Shown here one piece after another: positions 1 through 22,589 of a DNA stretch of 64,000 bases (positions are counted from its first letter, which is position 1; each line of letters starts with the position of its first letter). The notes below the pieces were generated by a model. It was not told the DNA's origin and did no database searches. It saw only the letters and a list, made by a program, of their open reading frames with translations. Origin of the DNA: Euglena gracilis (lineage: Eukaryota). A program made the translations under genes and the position numbers. The DNA lies in NCBI GenBank assembly GCA_039621445.1, contig CP154954.1, forward strand, positions 41,533,572 to 41,597,571, in the 5' to 3' direction.

Positions 1-129
1 TGTGCCATGAGCAGCACTCCTCGTTGTGGAGGTGCCCACCACTTTGGGAGGTTCCCCTCCCCAAAAAGTTGGGGAGGGTAACGCTCGGCCCACCCATGGA
101 TGGCAGGGAAGCCAGTCCCCTGCTCGTTA

Positions 130-1430
130 CCGCGCTGGCTGCCCCGGCTGTCGGCCCGTCGCCGGCCCCGCCCGGGCGAGAGCGTTCGTCAGCTGGGCGA
201 GGAATGCGATGTCGTCCACCGCCCGGAGGGGCCGCTTGAAGGTCGGGTTGGGGGACTTGAGGTGGGGGCAGGGGGAGGCGGTCTGACTGTGCTGAATGCC
301 GTCAATGTTCTGTTTCAAAAAATCAATCAATTTCGGCAACAAAGATGCAAGTACCGAACCTCCCATCAGATAAACCCCAAATAATGCCCAATACCTGCCC
401 CAACCACCCCTTCCGAACTCCATGAAGGTCAAGGAAACTTAGCAAAAAGTGCACATTGTGCGTATCACCGCACTCTTCTTGAAATCGGATATTGCATCCA
501 TATGCATATCAGCAAGAGTACCCAATGCCCGCAAGAGGACAAAATGAAATAAAGACATTCAAAAAAATTGGCCGCATACACACACATTTTCGGATTTATT
601 GGGAATTTTGTGGCAGATAGAGATAATTTGGGGAGCAGGGCATGATGAAGTGTGTCCCAACACTGGTTCAGGCAACGCAAATGCTGTTCGCCTCCCCATG
701 AGTGGCATACAGACTGAGGCATATGTGCAGGGAAGCAGGGGTCAAAACGCCGCGCTGCACTGTGGGGTGGCAGGAGGCACCGAGGCCCCGAATGAGAATG
801 GGTTGAGCCAGACCCAAGAAAAGTGAAATGGGTCCAACACCAAACAAATCAGAACTTCTGCTGAATTGCAGGTTGGGGCCAAAGATTTGAGCGAGGCAGC
901 CCGTATCCAGTCGACCGCCGGCCAGAACCTTGCACACGTTTCCGTGCAGGCATCCGCCATCCCATTTGGATCCGGCTGACAATGCACTCCCCCCAGGGTG
1001 CTGAGTAAAGGAAGGGAAAAAGAGGGGGGATCCAGGGGAACTAGGGAGGGGTGCCGTGGGAGGTGGGATTCGCTTTTTGGGCGGGGCCACAACAGACACA
1101 TCGGCCGGCCGTGCGGCCCCAACTGCACGTTTGCTGCAGAAGATGCTCTGCCGCAGGACGCAGGCAGCCACGGACAGGCAGAAACGGTCTGCCGGTGAGT
1201 TCCCAAATGAATAAAATAAATGGGGGAGAAATAGAGAATTGAGTGGGGAGTAAGAAGTGCCTTCAAGGACAGAGCTCTGGGGGGAGAACGAACTCCGATG
1301 AATTGAAAGGGGCGGATGGACTTCGGCTATCTTCCTGATGGCTGAGGGCCCACCACCCCCCACGCCTGGGAAGTGGCCATCTGACCGGTCAAGCAAACAG
1401 AGTCCTAGGCAGCACATCTCCACATGACAA
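130..1430 (-). CDS. Probable exons of a further minus-strand gene running off the left edge
   Basis: GC3-rich segments such as TFKRPLRAVDDIAFLAQLTNALAR (~285-130) and SAIRKIAEVHPP (~1380-1290); splice model not resolved. Confidence 0.35.
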
Positions 1431-1560
1431 GCCAGCGGGGGCCTGGGTCTCGCCAACTTGGCTGAAGACAAATCCCGGGGTGGGGGGGTACGGTTTTTGG
1501 CCCGCCTTTTGGCTTGTCCCGTTGGAACTCTGCTTGAGACCCAGATACCAACCTCCAAGG

Positions 1561-1776
1561 CAGGCTATTGCTTAAGGATAGCCATTTTGCTAGACAATGG
1601 GGGAAAAAGCCACTGGCTGGACCTAAACCCTCCTCCCCCCTGGGGGGGGGGGTTCTGGGGTCCCCTGACTAGGGAAAAAAATCCTTCAGGGGTGCGTGCT
1701 CAGGTGGAGCCAAAGTTGGATTAGCTGCAGCCCCCCCCGGGGGGGGGGGTACTACAAACCCTTAAGCAATAGCCTG
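1561..1776. mobile_element. hAT-type MITE
   Basis: 17-bp TIR CAGGCTATTGCTTAAGG / CCTTAAGCAATAGCCTG; 8-bp flanks CTCCAAGG / CTCCCAGG (1 mismatch). Confidence 0.8.
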
Positions 1777-2212
1777 CTCCCAGGCGTTGCGGTTTCTCTT
1801 TGGTTTTTTCCCCTGCAAAAAAATGCATGCAAAATGCATAAAAAGCCTGTCAATTTTGGCAGGCTTTTTTTAAAAAAATAAGTGGAAATAACTTCGCCTG
1901 GCCTACTTGGGCCAATTTTCACCCAGTAAAAAGGACACCATTTTTCGGGGAGGCCACAGTTGAACGCGCAGAGGGGGGATCTCCCATGAGGCCAATTTGG
2001 CAACCCATGGCCAGGCTTGAGAAGCCAATTCTCAGGGGCAGGGGTTTTTCTGGCAGGAGGATTGATGGCAATGTCAACTCATCACCAGGAGAGCACAGAG
2101 AGCCGACTGCTGTGCATCGCATGACCCGTGTGCAAACCTGTGACACTGGCAACGCGTTGAAAAGCAGGCGTCGGTGATGGCTGGCGGTTGGGATTGGGGG
2201 GAGCCCCCCGCT

Positions 2213-5200
2213 CTACGCCCCGGCCTTGGGGGACACAGCGGTAGCGGTGGGCGCGGCCGCCATCGCGGGGGGCCGGTACGCCGGCGGGGGCCGGTACGGG
2301 TTGGCCGGCACGCCGGGCGGTCTGCTCGCGGGGATGGTCAGCAGCGGGGCCGGCCGCCGGAGCGCCGCGTACGGCCGGACGGCGGGCAGGATGGGGGGGC
2401 GGGGGCCGGCGCTCCCCCGGGACACCGCCGCGGGCAGTGCGACGAAGATACGCCGGTCAAAAAAAAAGAAGCTCGTGGTACTGTGGCAGTTGAAGTAACT
2501 GAGAGAGGGGGGGGGAGGGGGGCTGAGACCTTTAGCACGTGTTGTGACGCGTCTGGTCTGTCATGACAGTGCTGGGACTGATGGAGTGGCATTCGCTCCG
2601 GACTGCCAGGGGTGGGAGGTTGGCCAGGCGTTGGGGATTTTGTTTGAAAAAGCCGGCGGTTGATTTCTTCGACATGGGGCTCATACTGAGGGAAAATCCC
2701 ATTCGGCCCAACCCGTTAAATAATACAATCCAATCAAATTCGAAATGGTGCAGCATACTCCCAAACACATCCGCCATCACTAAAGCTAATTTTTGTCAAT
2801 GCAGTGGCCAATCTGGTCGGGGGGGGGGGGAGGGCCGGGCCGAGATGGCAGCGAGGCGGCGGCCTTGGCGGGCGGCCGGGCGGCCGGCTTCGGCAGGGCG
2901 GCGTGCCCCATGGGCTGGAAGGTCTGGACCGCGGCGAGCAGGCCCCTGTGGACACAGCGGGGAGGGGGCAGGGCTGTGCCGTGGGGCACAGGCAAGGCTC
3001 GACAGGGAAGAAGGCAGCTGGCTGACACCCACCCACATCCCCCGGCAGAAACAAGCCCCGATCCGGGTTTGAACTGATTACCAAAAAAAAAATCGAAATT
3101 GCAGGAATGACCCTCCCCCCTAAAACTGCAAATCATGCAAAAATGGCCGGTTTTTTTGGCAAAAGGTTTGTCCTGGCCATCCCGTTTCCGGCCCATTTTT
3201 GCCCATTTTAGCCCATTTTTGCCCATTTTGGCCCATTTTTGCACCTCCCAGAAAAAAAATCTGGTACGGTCCAGCTGCTCTTTGGGCAGCTGGAAAGCAA
3301 ATGAAAATGAAATTGCAAATGGGGCACGCAGATTGCGAAGCTGGCACAAGTCTGTTGTCTGGTCCAAGGCATTTGCTGCGGACCCCACCTCGTTGACTTT
3401 ATCGACGTCTGGCAGCCACCCTAACCAACAAAAATGAAACTTCAACCCCGTTTTGAAGTGTTTTGCTAAATATCGGACGAGCGCTGGTGGCCCTGGTCAA
3501 CAAAAAAAAAAAAAAAGAAAAAAAACAAAAAACCAATAAAATGTCGGGGGGGGAATCATCATCTCTATCAGCAAAGGGGGCCCAGTGCAAAGGCAGGTCG
3601 GCTTCGGGCAGGCGGGGCATTCGGCACGCAAGAACCCGGCGTGAGCACCCACCCAAGCCCCCCGGCGCTTCGCAGTGGAATCCGCGCCAGTGGGGGGACA
3701 CAAATCCCCCGAGGAACCAAAAGTGGCTCCGGCCCACCCCACCCCCCTACAAGCTCGTGAGTCAAAAAAACAATCGAATAGCCGGAAGCCTTCAAGCTGG
3801 CGCAAAAAATCCCAGACAAAATGTGCCTCCTGGTGTGTGTCGGCCGCCCTCCAACACTGGGAACGGCCCACCACACCCGCCCTAGAGCATTACTCCAGCG
3901 GCCTATGGCAGGGGGAACAGATGGGGGAGGAGGGTGCGAGGCTGGCAAAGGCCTGGTCCAGGGCTGCGGAACCCACCACAACTGGCGACGTGGCACACCA
4001 AACAAACAAAGCTCTGTTCAACCACGGGAAGTGTGTGATGAGCCCGCTGGGCCCCCCAAGGAGGAAAAGGCAGACCCCCCCCGCCAAATACTTGCACTGC
4101 TGGAGCAAAAATAATAATAATATCAACAACAACAACAACAACAACAATAATACCAATATTATTATGATCATCATCATCATCATCATCATTAACAACAATA
4201 AGAGGTGGACCAAAGGGGTCCAGTGGGGCTCTGGCAGAGAACCCCCCGCTGCTTCGATGACCCAGCTCCAGGCGGCTTCCCTTTACCGGGCGCCCGGTGA
4301 GCCCACACCATTTGGTTTCGGGGGGAGGGATCACTTCCACTCTTCCAAGAACCAAGTCGACCATTTTTCTTAAAAAAAAAGCAGTCAATGAAAAACAGTT
4401 TCGGTGGGGGTCGGCCACTCTGGGATCCAGGGGAAGTTGACCACAGGAAGTGGCCGAAATAAATCTTTCCGACCATGGCAACAATCATTTTGGTGGCTCT
4501 TTGCCTACCAACCCCCTCCCCAATTTTGAGCCAAAACCAGTCAGTCGCTCTGAAAAAACTGGCACAGAAAATAGCCAGGGGGTTTCATGAAGGGTTCCAG
4601 ATCAAAATCAGTCCTGGCTGTGGCACAATGCCTGAGAAAACCTCCTTGCAGGTTCTCATCAGCGGGGGGAGGGGGGTTACAATGGGGTTGTCTTGGAAGT
4701 GTCGGCTGACGACATATATTGAACGGGGGAGGGGGGGCGTACAGGTTCTGCTTCGCCTCGCCGTACTGGGCCTGGAACGCCTGGAAGTCGGCGTCGCTCC
4801 AGCCGTCGAGGATCTGGTCCACCATCGGGTTGAACTCGTTCAGCATCCACCGCTGGGTGTGGCAGCACCTGTACAGCCGGCGGCCAGGGCGCCCGGGCAA
4901 CGGAGAGCGTCGTGCACTTGCGCGCGCGCGCACACACACACACACCCATGCGCCTTTCGACCCAAACTGGTCATTTTCGAGGAGGAGGAGGAGGAGGAGA
5001 AGAAGAAGACGAAAGGAAAATCTTCATACACTGAAAAAAAAGCACTCCAAAACAACAAAAACGGTGGAATTCACCGGTCAAGGGCACCCCCGACTCGGAG
5101 AGAATTTTCCCACCGGTAAATTTCACTGGGGGTCCACAAAACGACGGCCTGACTCCCTCGCATGTCGGGGCCGTATTTCACAGATGCAGTTGTGGTGGGC

Positions 5201-8200
5201 ACCGTGGGCATTTGTCCGGGCGGAGGGGGGTCCGCCCATCAGTGGGGGAGAGGGATGCCGTGGGCAGCCTGGGGCGGGCCATGGGCGAGGGCGCCTGGCT
5301 GCCAGGCAGGGCCCAGCACAGGGTGTACGCCGGCCCCAGGCCCCGGCGCAGGATTTGGCTGGGGGGGGGGCACCGGGGACACCCCCCCACCCATACAGTG
5401 GCGCAGTCCATGTGACCCTTTTTTTTTTGGCCCGGCACCGGGCTGACTTTGACCCCTCAAAACGGGCAAAAGAGCCATTTTGGGCACTTTTTGGGTAAAA
5501 TTTTGTCAAAAATGCAATAAAACTTCGGCACAAAGCGGAAGGAAAAGTTTCACCTTTTGGGTGGGTCCCGGGTGCCCCCCAGGGTTGCTCCGGACCCCCC
5601 TTAATTGCACAAAGGTTTCTTGTCTGTTTATGGCCGGCGCTAACTTTGCTTCTGGCCCAGTTACGTGGCGAACGACTCCGGACCCCCCCCCCCCCGGCAG
5701 GTGGGGGGATGGTTCGGACCCCCTCCTCCAGTCCAGGTACCAGGTGCCAGGCTGCACAGCGCAGGCACTTCCCACACCACAGAGCTCTGGGGGGGGGGGG
5801 GGGTGGAGGCCAAAGGCAAAGAGGGCTACACAGTGGGGGGGGTCGATTTGATGTCCCCCCTAACACGGATCTTTTTAGTTGAAAGAAAACTGTGACCTAA
5901 AAATCGGCGCCTCCAGGTTTAAGCAGACCTTTCTGAGACTCAGATTTAGGCAACAATTGATTTGTTTGGGAGTTGTGTTTGCAAGTGAAGGCTTCATTTT
6001 GCCAAACAAATTCGATGCCTCAAGTTTCCAGACCTCAATTTTACACAGCACACTGAAGCAGAGGTGGCTGGGTGGGCTGGGGCACACTGATGCATGGGCT
6101 GTGGCCATGCCAGTGGAAACACACCATCGCTGTGGCCCATTGGCTGGCAGAGGCTTTGGGGCTGGGGGTTGGGTCTGACCCACAGAATTTCCAGGTGTTC
6201 CACTATTCAGTGTGTACTGTACTGTACTGTAAAGTCCTGCTCTTTGACTTCTACACTGCCGAAATTCCTGAAAAGAGCATCATATGCACATTTCCCCCGA
6301 CACAGATGCACTTGCATACGGGGGATCACTTGGACGTCGAGTGCAGTTCGGGCACGCCCCTAGGCGCGATGTTCGCCGGGGACAAGTCCCCGGCGGCCTC
6401 GCCGTAATTGGGCCGCAGGAGCTGCAGCAGGATGAAGATGCGGGTGCGGGCGAGCAGCAGGTTGACGTACGACCGGGAGAAGTCGTCGGGCCAGGTCTTG
6501 TGGAGGCCGCAGGAGATGAACTCCACGAAGTCGGTCCGGGCGTCGGGGGGAAGGACGCAGCCTGGTGGGGGGGGGGGGGCGCCATTACCGCCCACGGGGC
6601 AAACAGGCCTCAAATGGGGAAAGGCAACCCCTCAGGGGTCAGGATCAGGTTGGTTGGTCAGCCGGGGGGGGGGGGGTATTAAGTGGGGGCTAAGTCCAGG
6701 AATTGTTTGTTGAATTCCGACCAGAGGTTGTTTTTTTTAAGGCCCGGGCAAGGGGGGGGTCCGAACCCACCCACCCACCCCCTGGAAAGCCCACGGGGCG
6801 GGGGGGACCCACTTTTGGGTCAATTTTGGGGTCCAAAAACTTTCGGCAATTCATGCCGAAAATAGAAGGAAACTCCACCTCCAGCGGGGCACCCAACCCC
6901 CACCCCGGGTGGGGCGGGGATTCAGCCGGGATCCACCCACCCACCCCAGTCACAAAAGTTTAAGAAAATTCACTGGATCCGACCCCCCCCAAAATGACTC
7001 CTGAACCCCCAAATTGGCAATTTTCGGCAAAACTCTTCAAAAATGGCGTTTTCAACAATGGTTGGTCGCAAAAAAAAAATGCCAAAAATCAGTTTTTGGG
7101 TGTTTTGCAGCCGAATAAATCATCCACAATATCGTTGGCTTTTCTCCCTCGAGGGTTTATAAGTCGTCCTTTGGTTGGTCGGCCCAGGGGGGAGGTTGTG
7201 AGTTGAAAGGGGGGAGGCTATACGTGGGAGAGGGGTGTGAATGAGTGGGGTCATTTCGTCTCTTTTTTGGCTGATCATTCTCCAGAGTCGATCCATCCAC
7301 AACTGAGTCCCGACAGACAAGTGCCCCGGAATGGGAAACTTCGAAAATATGCGATGCAGTGATCTCCCGAAGCTGCCTGTGTTAGGGCTGTCAGTCAGGA
7401 TGTGCCCAGCCCCTTCATGGGGGGGGGGGGACAACGGGTGGTCTTCAGAGGGGAGGGGGGAGGGGGGTGGCAGACACCCTTGGCAGGCTGAGGCTCTCCG
7501 AGGCGGACCATCCTCGTCAGGCTGACTTTTACCAAATTGGGTGGGAGGGGGGTGGTTGGGCTGACCTGGTCGTGGGAAGAAATGCCCAAAATGGCCCTGG
7601 GCTTTTGGCCCTTTCGGCACCGGAGTGCCTTGTCCGAGCTCCCAGGCACTTTTGGCCACATGTGCCCCACCCCCTGGACATGTGGGGGTTTTGGATTGCC
7701 TCCCCAGGCAGGCCCCCTCCCATCAGGCCACCAGGGGAGTGCCTTGTGCAAAGGGGTGCTTGCGCACCCCCCCCCCAGGTGGGTCGGTTCTGGACCCCGG
7801 TGCATGCCAACCAAGCCACCTTTCCCTTGAAAAGGCCATTTTCGGGCTCTGGCGCCGAAGGCCTTTGGCGCCGGGGGGGGGGGGGGGGGGCGACAGCACT
7901 GCCACCCCAAAACCTGACCCCCCACGACACCCTGGCACCTCCCCCCTCCAAGGAGGGGGGTGCAAACTTCCTTAAAAGGAAGCCTGCCCCCCCCAGTCAA
8001 GTTCAGCCTGGTCGTCATAAAGAAGAGGTCCGCGATGTGTGAGAAGCCACAAAAGCACTGGCCCATCGGCTTCAGCCCACTGGACGGTCGCTTGCAGCAC
8101 GTGGGCCCTTCCAGCCAGTGCGCCCGCATCTGCCGGAACCGCTTCAGCTGCGGGCTTGGCAGTGGCCGGAAGGCTTGGGGTTCCCCAAGCCACACCCTCA

Positions 8201-10149
8201 CCCCTCCCCACCCCTTCAGCTTTGATCAAAAGCATTGTGCCAGCGAAGTGTCAGGGTCACGCAATTTTTTTCCTGGGAGTGGTCATTTACATTTTCCAGA
8301 AACCAGTCAGTCACTTTTTTGGAAAACCAGTCGGTCCCTCCAACACCCACCCCCCAAGGAGGGGTCGGTCAGGTCACAGATGAGAAGAAAATATCTGAGA
8401 GGCACTGCCGAGGACGGTCCAGCTCAAAGTCGTGCAGCTTGGAGTCGCGGAACTCCTTCACCACATCCTTGAAGCCCGCCAGCTCCGCGAAGAAGTGGGC
8501 CGACCAGGGCAACCATCGCCCCCGGGGCCGCGGGGCTGGCCAATTTTTATTTGCAATTATTGGCATTGTTTTTTGCCAATGGCTAATAAAACACTGCGAC
8601 GCCAACCTCTTCGGCAGGGAACACGGGGATCTCGACCACACGTGGTCTCCCACATGGCTAGATTCCGGAATTCAAATGACGTGCTGACACAAGCACCCCA
8701 AACTCTGAAGCTTCCAGGCGGTGCACAGTGCGCCGGCCCCAAGAAAGCACCACATGCGCTTCTGGCCCCTCCTTGGGTTCCCTCTTTTGTCAGTTCTTCC
8801 AGGGGGGGGAAGGAGGCGCCGCCACCCCAGCCGGAAGTCCGGCAGCACGTCTATCATGGCGGGGAGGGCCGGGTCCTTGGCCTGCACCGCCTCCTGCAGC
8901 TGGTAGAGGGAGAGTGGGGTGATCTCCGGCAGCCTCTGGAAGTGGCGCCAGGGACCAGCAGGCGGCATTTGACCGACCCCACCAACCCCGAAGCTTGGAT
9001 TTTGCCAGAACGTTGACCAGCATTGAAGCATCGAAGCAGAACATTGACAAACACATTGAAAGGACGGGGATTATTGGCAAAACAGGGGGGGCAGAGGAAA
9101 TGGGGAATGGGTGTGAGCTCCACCCCCCAAAGAAGAAGTTGCGGCAGCCCAAAACTGCTGGGACCCCATGGGGGGTCCCAGTGGATTGACGGGGGTTATT
9201 TATGGAGTAGGGTTGGGGTTTCAATTTAGGCCCATATTTCATCCGATTTTCATTTGGCCTAAATTAGGCCTAAATTCAGGTCTCAGTTTTGTCAATTTAG
9301 GCACTGATTTTGCGAAAATTGAGGCCTAAAAGGCTAAATTGTAACCCTAACCCTCCTCCATGAATAACCCCCCGTTATACTGTTGTGCTAATGGGACCCC
9401 CTCCTGGGGGGTCCAGTAGTATTGCTGCCGAAGTTACATCGACCAGCAGCCACCATGCCAAACGTTCAGCGATGGGATCATGTGCAATGGAAGGTGAACA
9501 GCTATGTTCTCCTTCTGCCTGCCTTGGTTGACTCATCCGCTTTGGGGTCAATTCGGAAGAACCCATATTTTTAACATCCTCCTTGCACAATCACATTGAA
9601 AATTTTCCACTTGGCGCTGAAATTAAAAGCAAATTTTAATGGCTGTGAAGAGGCCAAAAAAAAATACATTTTTGAACATCAATGGTGCAAATGTATCCAT
9701 TTTCAAATTGCTGAATTCATCACCCACACTTTGAGCCGGGGGGAGGAGAACTCCTGGCAGAAGATGGCACCTGTGGTTTGAGTTTGGTCTCCTTACATCA
9801 CCCTTCTCCAGACCACACCACAGTTGTGAAAGCAGGGGGAAAGCAACGGCATTCGGTGAGGAGGGAGGGCAACCGCCGGAGCATTGGGGGGAAGTGAAGC
9901 GACACTACGATGGTCCCTGGTCCGGGAAAGACATCCGGAAAGCGTGCCTTCAGCACTTCTTCGAAGCCATGCTCCGAAAGGACCCGAAGGGGAACTCTCC
10001 TTCAGATGGTGCATGGCAAAAAAATGCCTTACGGAAGAAACCGGAAACCTCAAAAGTTCAAAAAAAAACCGAAGCAGCGTGGGGAAAAGAAGGAGGAAAA
10101 CTGTTAAACTTATCTTGACGAGGATCTTGATGATCCTGATGTCTCTCAC
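2213..10149 (-). CDS. Orphan multi-exon gene, 3' exons ending in a Pro/Ala/Arg-rich tail and TAG at 2213-2215
   Basis: GC3-rich segments with AG acceptors near 10149-10110, 9993-9905, 9770-9730, 8935-8820, 8520-8400, 8170-8000, 7390-7250, 6561-6331, 4910-4745, 4282-4210, 4100-3930, 3420-3330, 2945-2840, 2471-2213. Peptides include [27 protein letters not shown] and [29 protein letters not shown]. Continuity with the upstream exons is inferred. Confidence 0.6.
4110..4200. repeat. Compound trinucleotide repeat (AAT/AAC/ATC)n
   Basis: Directly visible. Confidence 0.9.
9190..9374. mobile_element. MITE with ~35-bp imperfect TIR
   Basis: CGGGGGTTATTTATGGAGTAGGGTTGGGGTT pairs with AACCCTAACCCTCCTCCATGAATAACCCCCG; TSD not evident. 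Confidence 0.7.
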
Positions 10150-10225
10150 CTGGGGACGTCATAACAACTAAAGTTTGCTTCTGACCAGGGAGGGGGTTCC
10201 CCAAGTCGGCAAAAATTGGACATAG

Positions 10226-19125
<8,900 letters not shown>

Positions 19126-19179
19126 TCATCGTTGCCCCAAGGCGGCAATGCAAACTGCCCCCCAACCCCCCCCCAAAGC

Positions 19180-22100
19180 AGAGGCCCCTCCTTCAACAGC
19201 TGCAGCACCTGCTTCTCAACGGGGACGACTACCCGCTTCGCCAGACGGAGGGTGCAGTTGGCGCAGATCTCCGCCACGGAGCGACCCAGGGGCCGCGACT
19301 CTTTGGCGGTCAGTTCCACACTGACTTCAGACAAAGGAAACCAGCATGGAAGGATTTCTCCCGCTGTGCCAGAAACCACACCACAGACAGAAGCGCAATG
19401 TAGACACATTGCAAATGCACATTCGTCCAGTGCAGAATGGCCCTGGAGAGAAGGTGAGGTGCCTCCATTCCCCAACATGCGTGTGTGTACATAAAAAGTG
19501 GTGGAAATATATGCCCCCCTCCCTCTGTTTCCTGTGGTCGCAAACCCACTGCTTGGCAACGCACAGATGCGTCGCGTAAAGCCTCCCCATCAGCTGGCGA
19601 GAGTTTGGGGCTGGGGGTTGGATACCAAACACAAAGGTATACAAATAATTGCAAGCAATGTCCTTTTTGGGAGAAAACTGTGGTCGGAGGGAGTTGCTCA
19701 GGTTTGAAAACTGAAACCAATCTTATGTAGCCCCCATTCCGATTGGTAACGACCATGGGGAAATATGGAAAGGAGTCAGGGGGTGGTGCCTAGACAGGGG
19801 GGGGAGCATGACTGAAAACAATCTGGTGCTTCGGGCCAGCCGCCGCCGTTCTCAAAAACGACCGGCCGCGGCGACCGTTTACGGGGCTCCAACCCGCCGG
19901 CGCGCTTCTCCCAAGTGTTGCGAGAGGTGGCAGGGTCACAGGCACCATTCTACCCACGGCGGGCGTCGTCAAAAAGCAGCCGTTACCGCCCCGGAGACGC
20001 AAAAAAAAAAAAAAAAAAAAAAAACCAAAAAAAAAAAAAAAAAAAAAAAACAAAAAAAAAAAAAAACCACTTTGGTAACGAGCACCCGGGAAACGACGTT
20101 TTTGGCTGCGCCGGCCGCCTCCCTTCCCAAAAAAAAAGCATCTTTCCCTTCATTTTTGCAGGTCCGATGTTCAAATTGAAGACAGTAAGATACAAGAATC
20201 GCCAATATCTGATATCTTATCTGAAATATCTGAATTGTCGAAAATTTTCGGATGAAAATACACCTCAAGAAATGTTTCCTGGGAAGGTATAAAAAGGTGG
20301 GTCAGAACCAGGGGGTGGTGCTCAGACAAGGTTGGTGCTTAGACAAGGGTGGTGGGAACTAAAAAAGGGTTGTCACTAATAGTTGGAGCCCTTCTACTGT
20401 TAATTATTATTGGTGGGGGGGGATGGAGTCTTGCATGATCCACCCTTTCCCTTTACACAGTCTGTTGCCGGGGCTTAAATGCGCAGAGCAGCAGCAGCAG
20501 CAGCAGCAGACCAGGCTGGGGTCGTCCCGGCCCCACTTGCACGTCTGGCAGTGCTGCCCCTCGTCCTCCAGCAGCACGTCGTCGCACGCGTCGCACGTCC
20601 GCCACGGGTTGTCGTCGCTGTCGCTGTCGCTGTCCTGGGTGCTAGCCTCCTCTCCCTCGTTTTCATCCTCCTCGTCAGCATCCGCCTCGTCCTTCTTCGC
20701 CCCCTCTCCTGCGTCCTTGCCCTCCTCCTCCTTCTCCTGCGGTGCACACCTCGCCTCTGGCTGCGGCGTCTCGCTCGGCTTCCGCTCCACGTGGCGTTTC
20801 GTGGTTGGGTGGCGGCACTTGGGGCACTTCACCACCTTCTCCCGCCGCATCCCCTCCCCGAGGAAGTCCAGCATGCACTCCCTGGCACCTGTCGCTTTGG
20901 CCACACCGCCCCCCTCCCCCCCCAGGGGGAGGTGGTACCCGCTGGGGGAACAGACTAACGCCGAGATGAAAGGGGATGGAGACCTGCACATCTGTGGCAA
21001 ACTGCGGATACCAACAGCCACCGTGGCGTCGGCGTCAAGCGTCCATCATTGACATTTGCCTGCAAACTCTGGGAAAGGGGGGAAAAATGCATCATCGACA
21101 GCGGTCAGCAATGCTCCTGCATGATATCGCGTGACACACATGTGACGGGCATGTGATGAATGTGCGATGTATGCGGCGCAAAATCCCAGTGGCACACACA
21201 GCGGGGGACAACCCACCAGGCCAAAGTCCTCCCTTCTCCCTGCTCCAAAGCGACGTGTGGGTCGGGCAACAGTCCCAATTGCAATTCTGGCAGTTGCCAG
21301 CAGGGCATCCTCAGAGAGGGACTGACGTGGCAGGATGAGGCACATGCAGTATCGGTATGTCACCAGCAGTTCAAAACCCAGGGGAAGTGAGGGAACTTTG
21401 CACAGTTGCGCAAACGAATCAAAATGCCACACCTAAGACACACCCACCCACCCACCTGCACACACACGCGTGCGCACTCACACTCACTCCACTCACACTC
21501 ACTCATCCAGCACCCACCCCACCAATACCCACCCACTCACTCATTCACTTAACTCCGCACACAGGTGTGCACGCACGTGGAGACCAGTTGGTTCACAGGT
21601 TGAGTGGCAATGGTTGAACTCTTTGCATACAAATCATAATTTGATGCTATGTCGTTAAATAACCTCATCAGTCACCATGGGATGGCACAGCAGCTGGCCA
21701 AGGCGCCCGGTGGCCGCGGATGCGGCTGGCCGGAGCACAACCTCACGTTTCCACCTCCCACGGAAACCCCCACATACTCGCTCGCTCGCTCACAGTCATA
21801 AACTCATTCAGGCATGCACACTTACACACACTCTCACACACATTCACTCGCGCACTCACTCACAACACAACACAACACAACACAACACAACACAACACAA
21901 CACAACACAACACAACACAACACAACACAACACAACACAACGCAACGCAACGCAACGCAACGCAACACAACACAACACAACACAACACACACACAACACA
22001 CGCACACACCCACGCACACACACACACACACAGACCCACGCATCCACACCTCGCCCAACTGCAGGCAGCCAGCGAGGCAGGAGGAACCCCTGGCCGAGGC

Positions 22101-22255
22101 CCTTGCCAAGGTTTGTGTGGGTGGCGCAGCGGTCGCACACTGCCACTGCCCCGTACCCCTTCTGGAGCATCACCTCGCGGTCCGCCCGCGCCACCTGCTG
22201 GTTGCACTTATCGCACTGGAAGAGGGGCAGCTGCTGGTCCTGCAGGATCTCAGGG
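19180..22255 (-). CDS. Cys-rich zinc-finger exons (RING/PHD-like spacing) with an acidic linker
   Basis: FQCDKC...VCDRC (~22250-22090); C-RECM...KCPKCR, an acidic tract and TCDAC...HCQTC (20881-~20520); CAFAMCLHC and ICANC (~19480-19190). Confidence 0.6.
20001..20066 (+). repeat. Poly(A) tract
   Basis: ~66 nt of nearly pure A. Confidence 0.95.
21860..22032. repeat. (CACAA)n/(CGCAA)n/(CA)n microsatellite
   Basis: Directly visible. Confidence 0.97.
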
Positions 22256-22589
22256 GCAGGCCTCCCCCCCCCTCCTCACCAACTGGACCCCCCTGCCCCC
22301 AAGGGTCTCTTGCAACGCCGGTGGGAAAGTCCTGCAAAGCGTCACCCATCCACTCCCATCCCCAGCCTGTCCTAAAAACCCATGAAGGTCAACCCTACAG
22401 CGGCAGGGCTTTTCTTGGCACCGACGCCAGGGTCCAGCTCAGAGGCTGGACAATTTGACTGACTGGAATCCCCCCCATCTCCACATATGGTTCACCCCCA
22501 AGAACTGGCAGAATCCCTGCATTGTGGATCGAACGTTTTTTGACTGTAGACTTCCGCAAGTGCACGGAAAGCCGTGTCCCCATTGGTGA

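Noticed and set aside
19835..20066. SINE or retrocopy ending in the poly(A) tract
   Set aside because: No TSD or Pol III A/B boxes recognised; the tract sits within another repeat-like segment.
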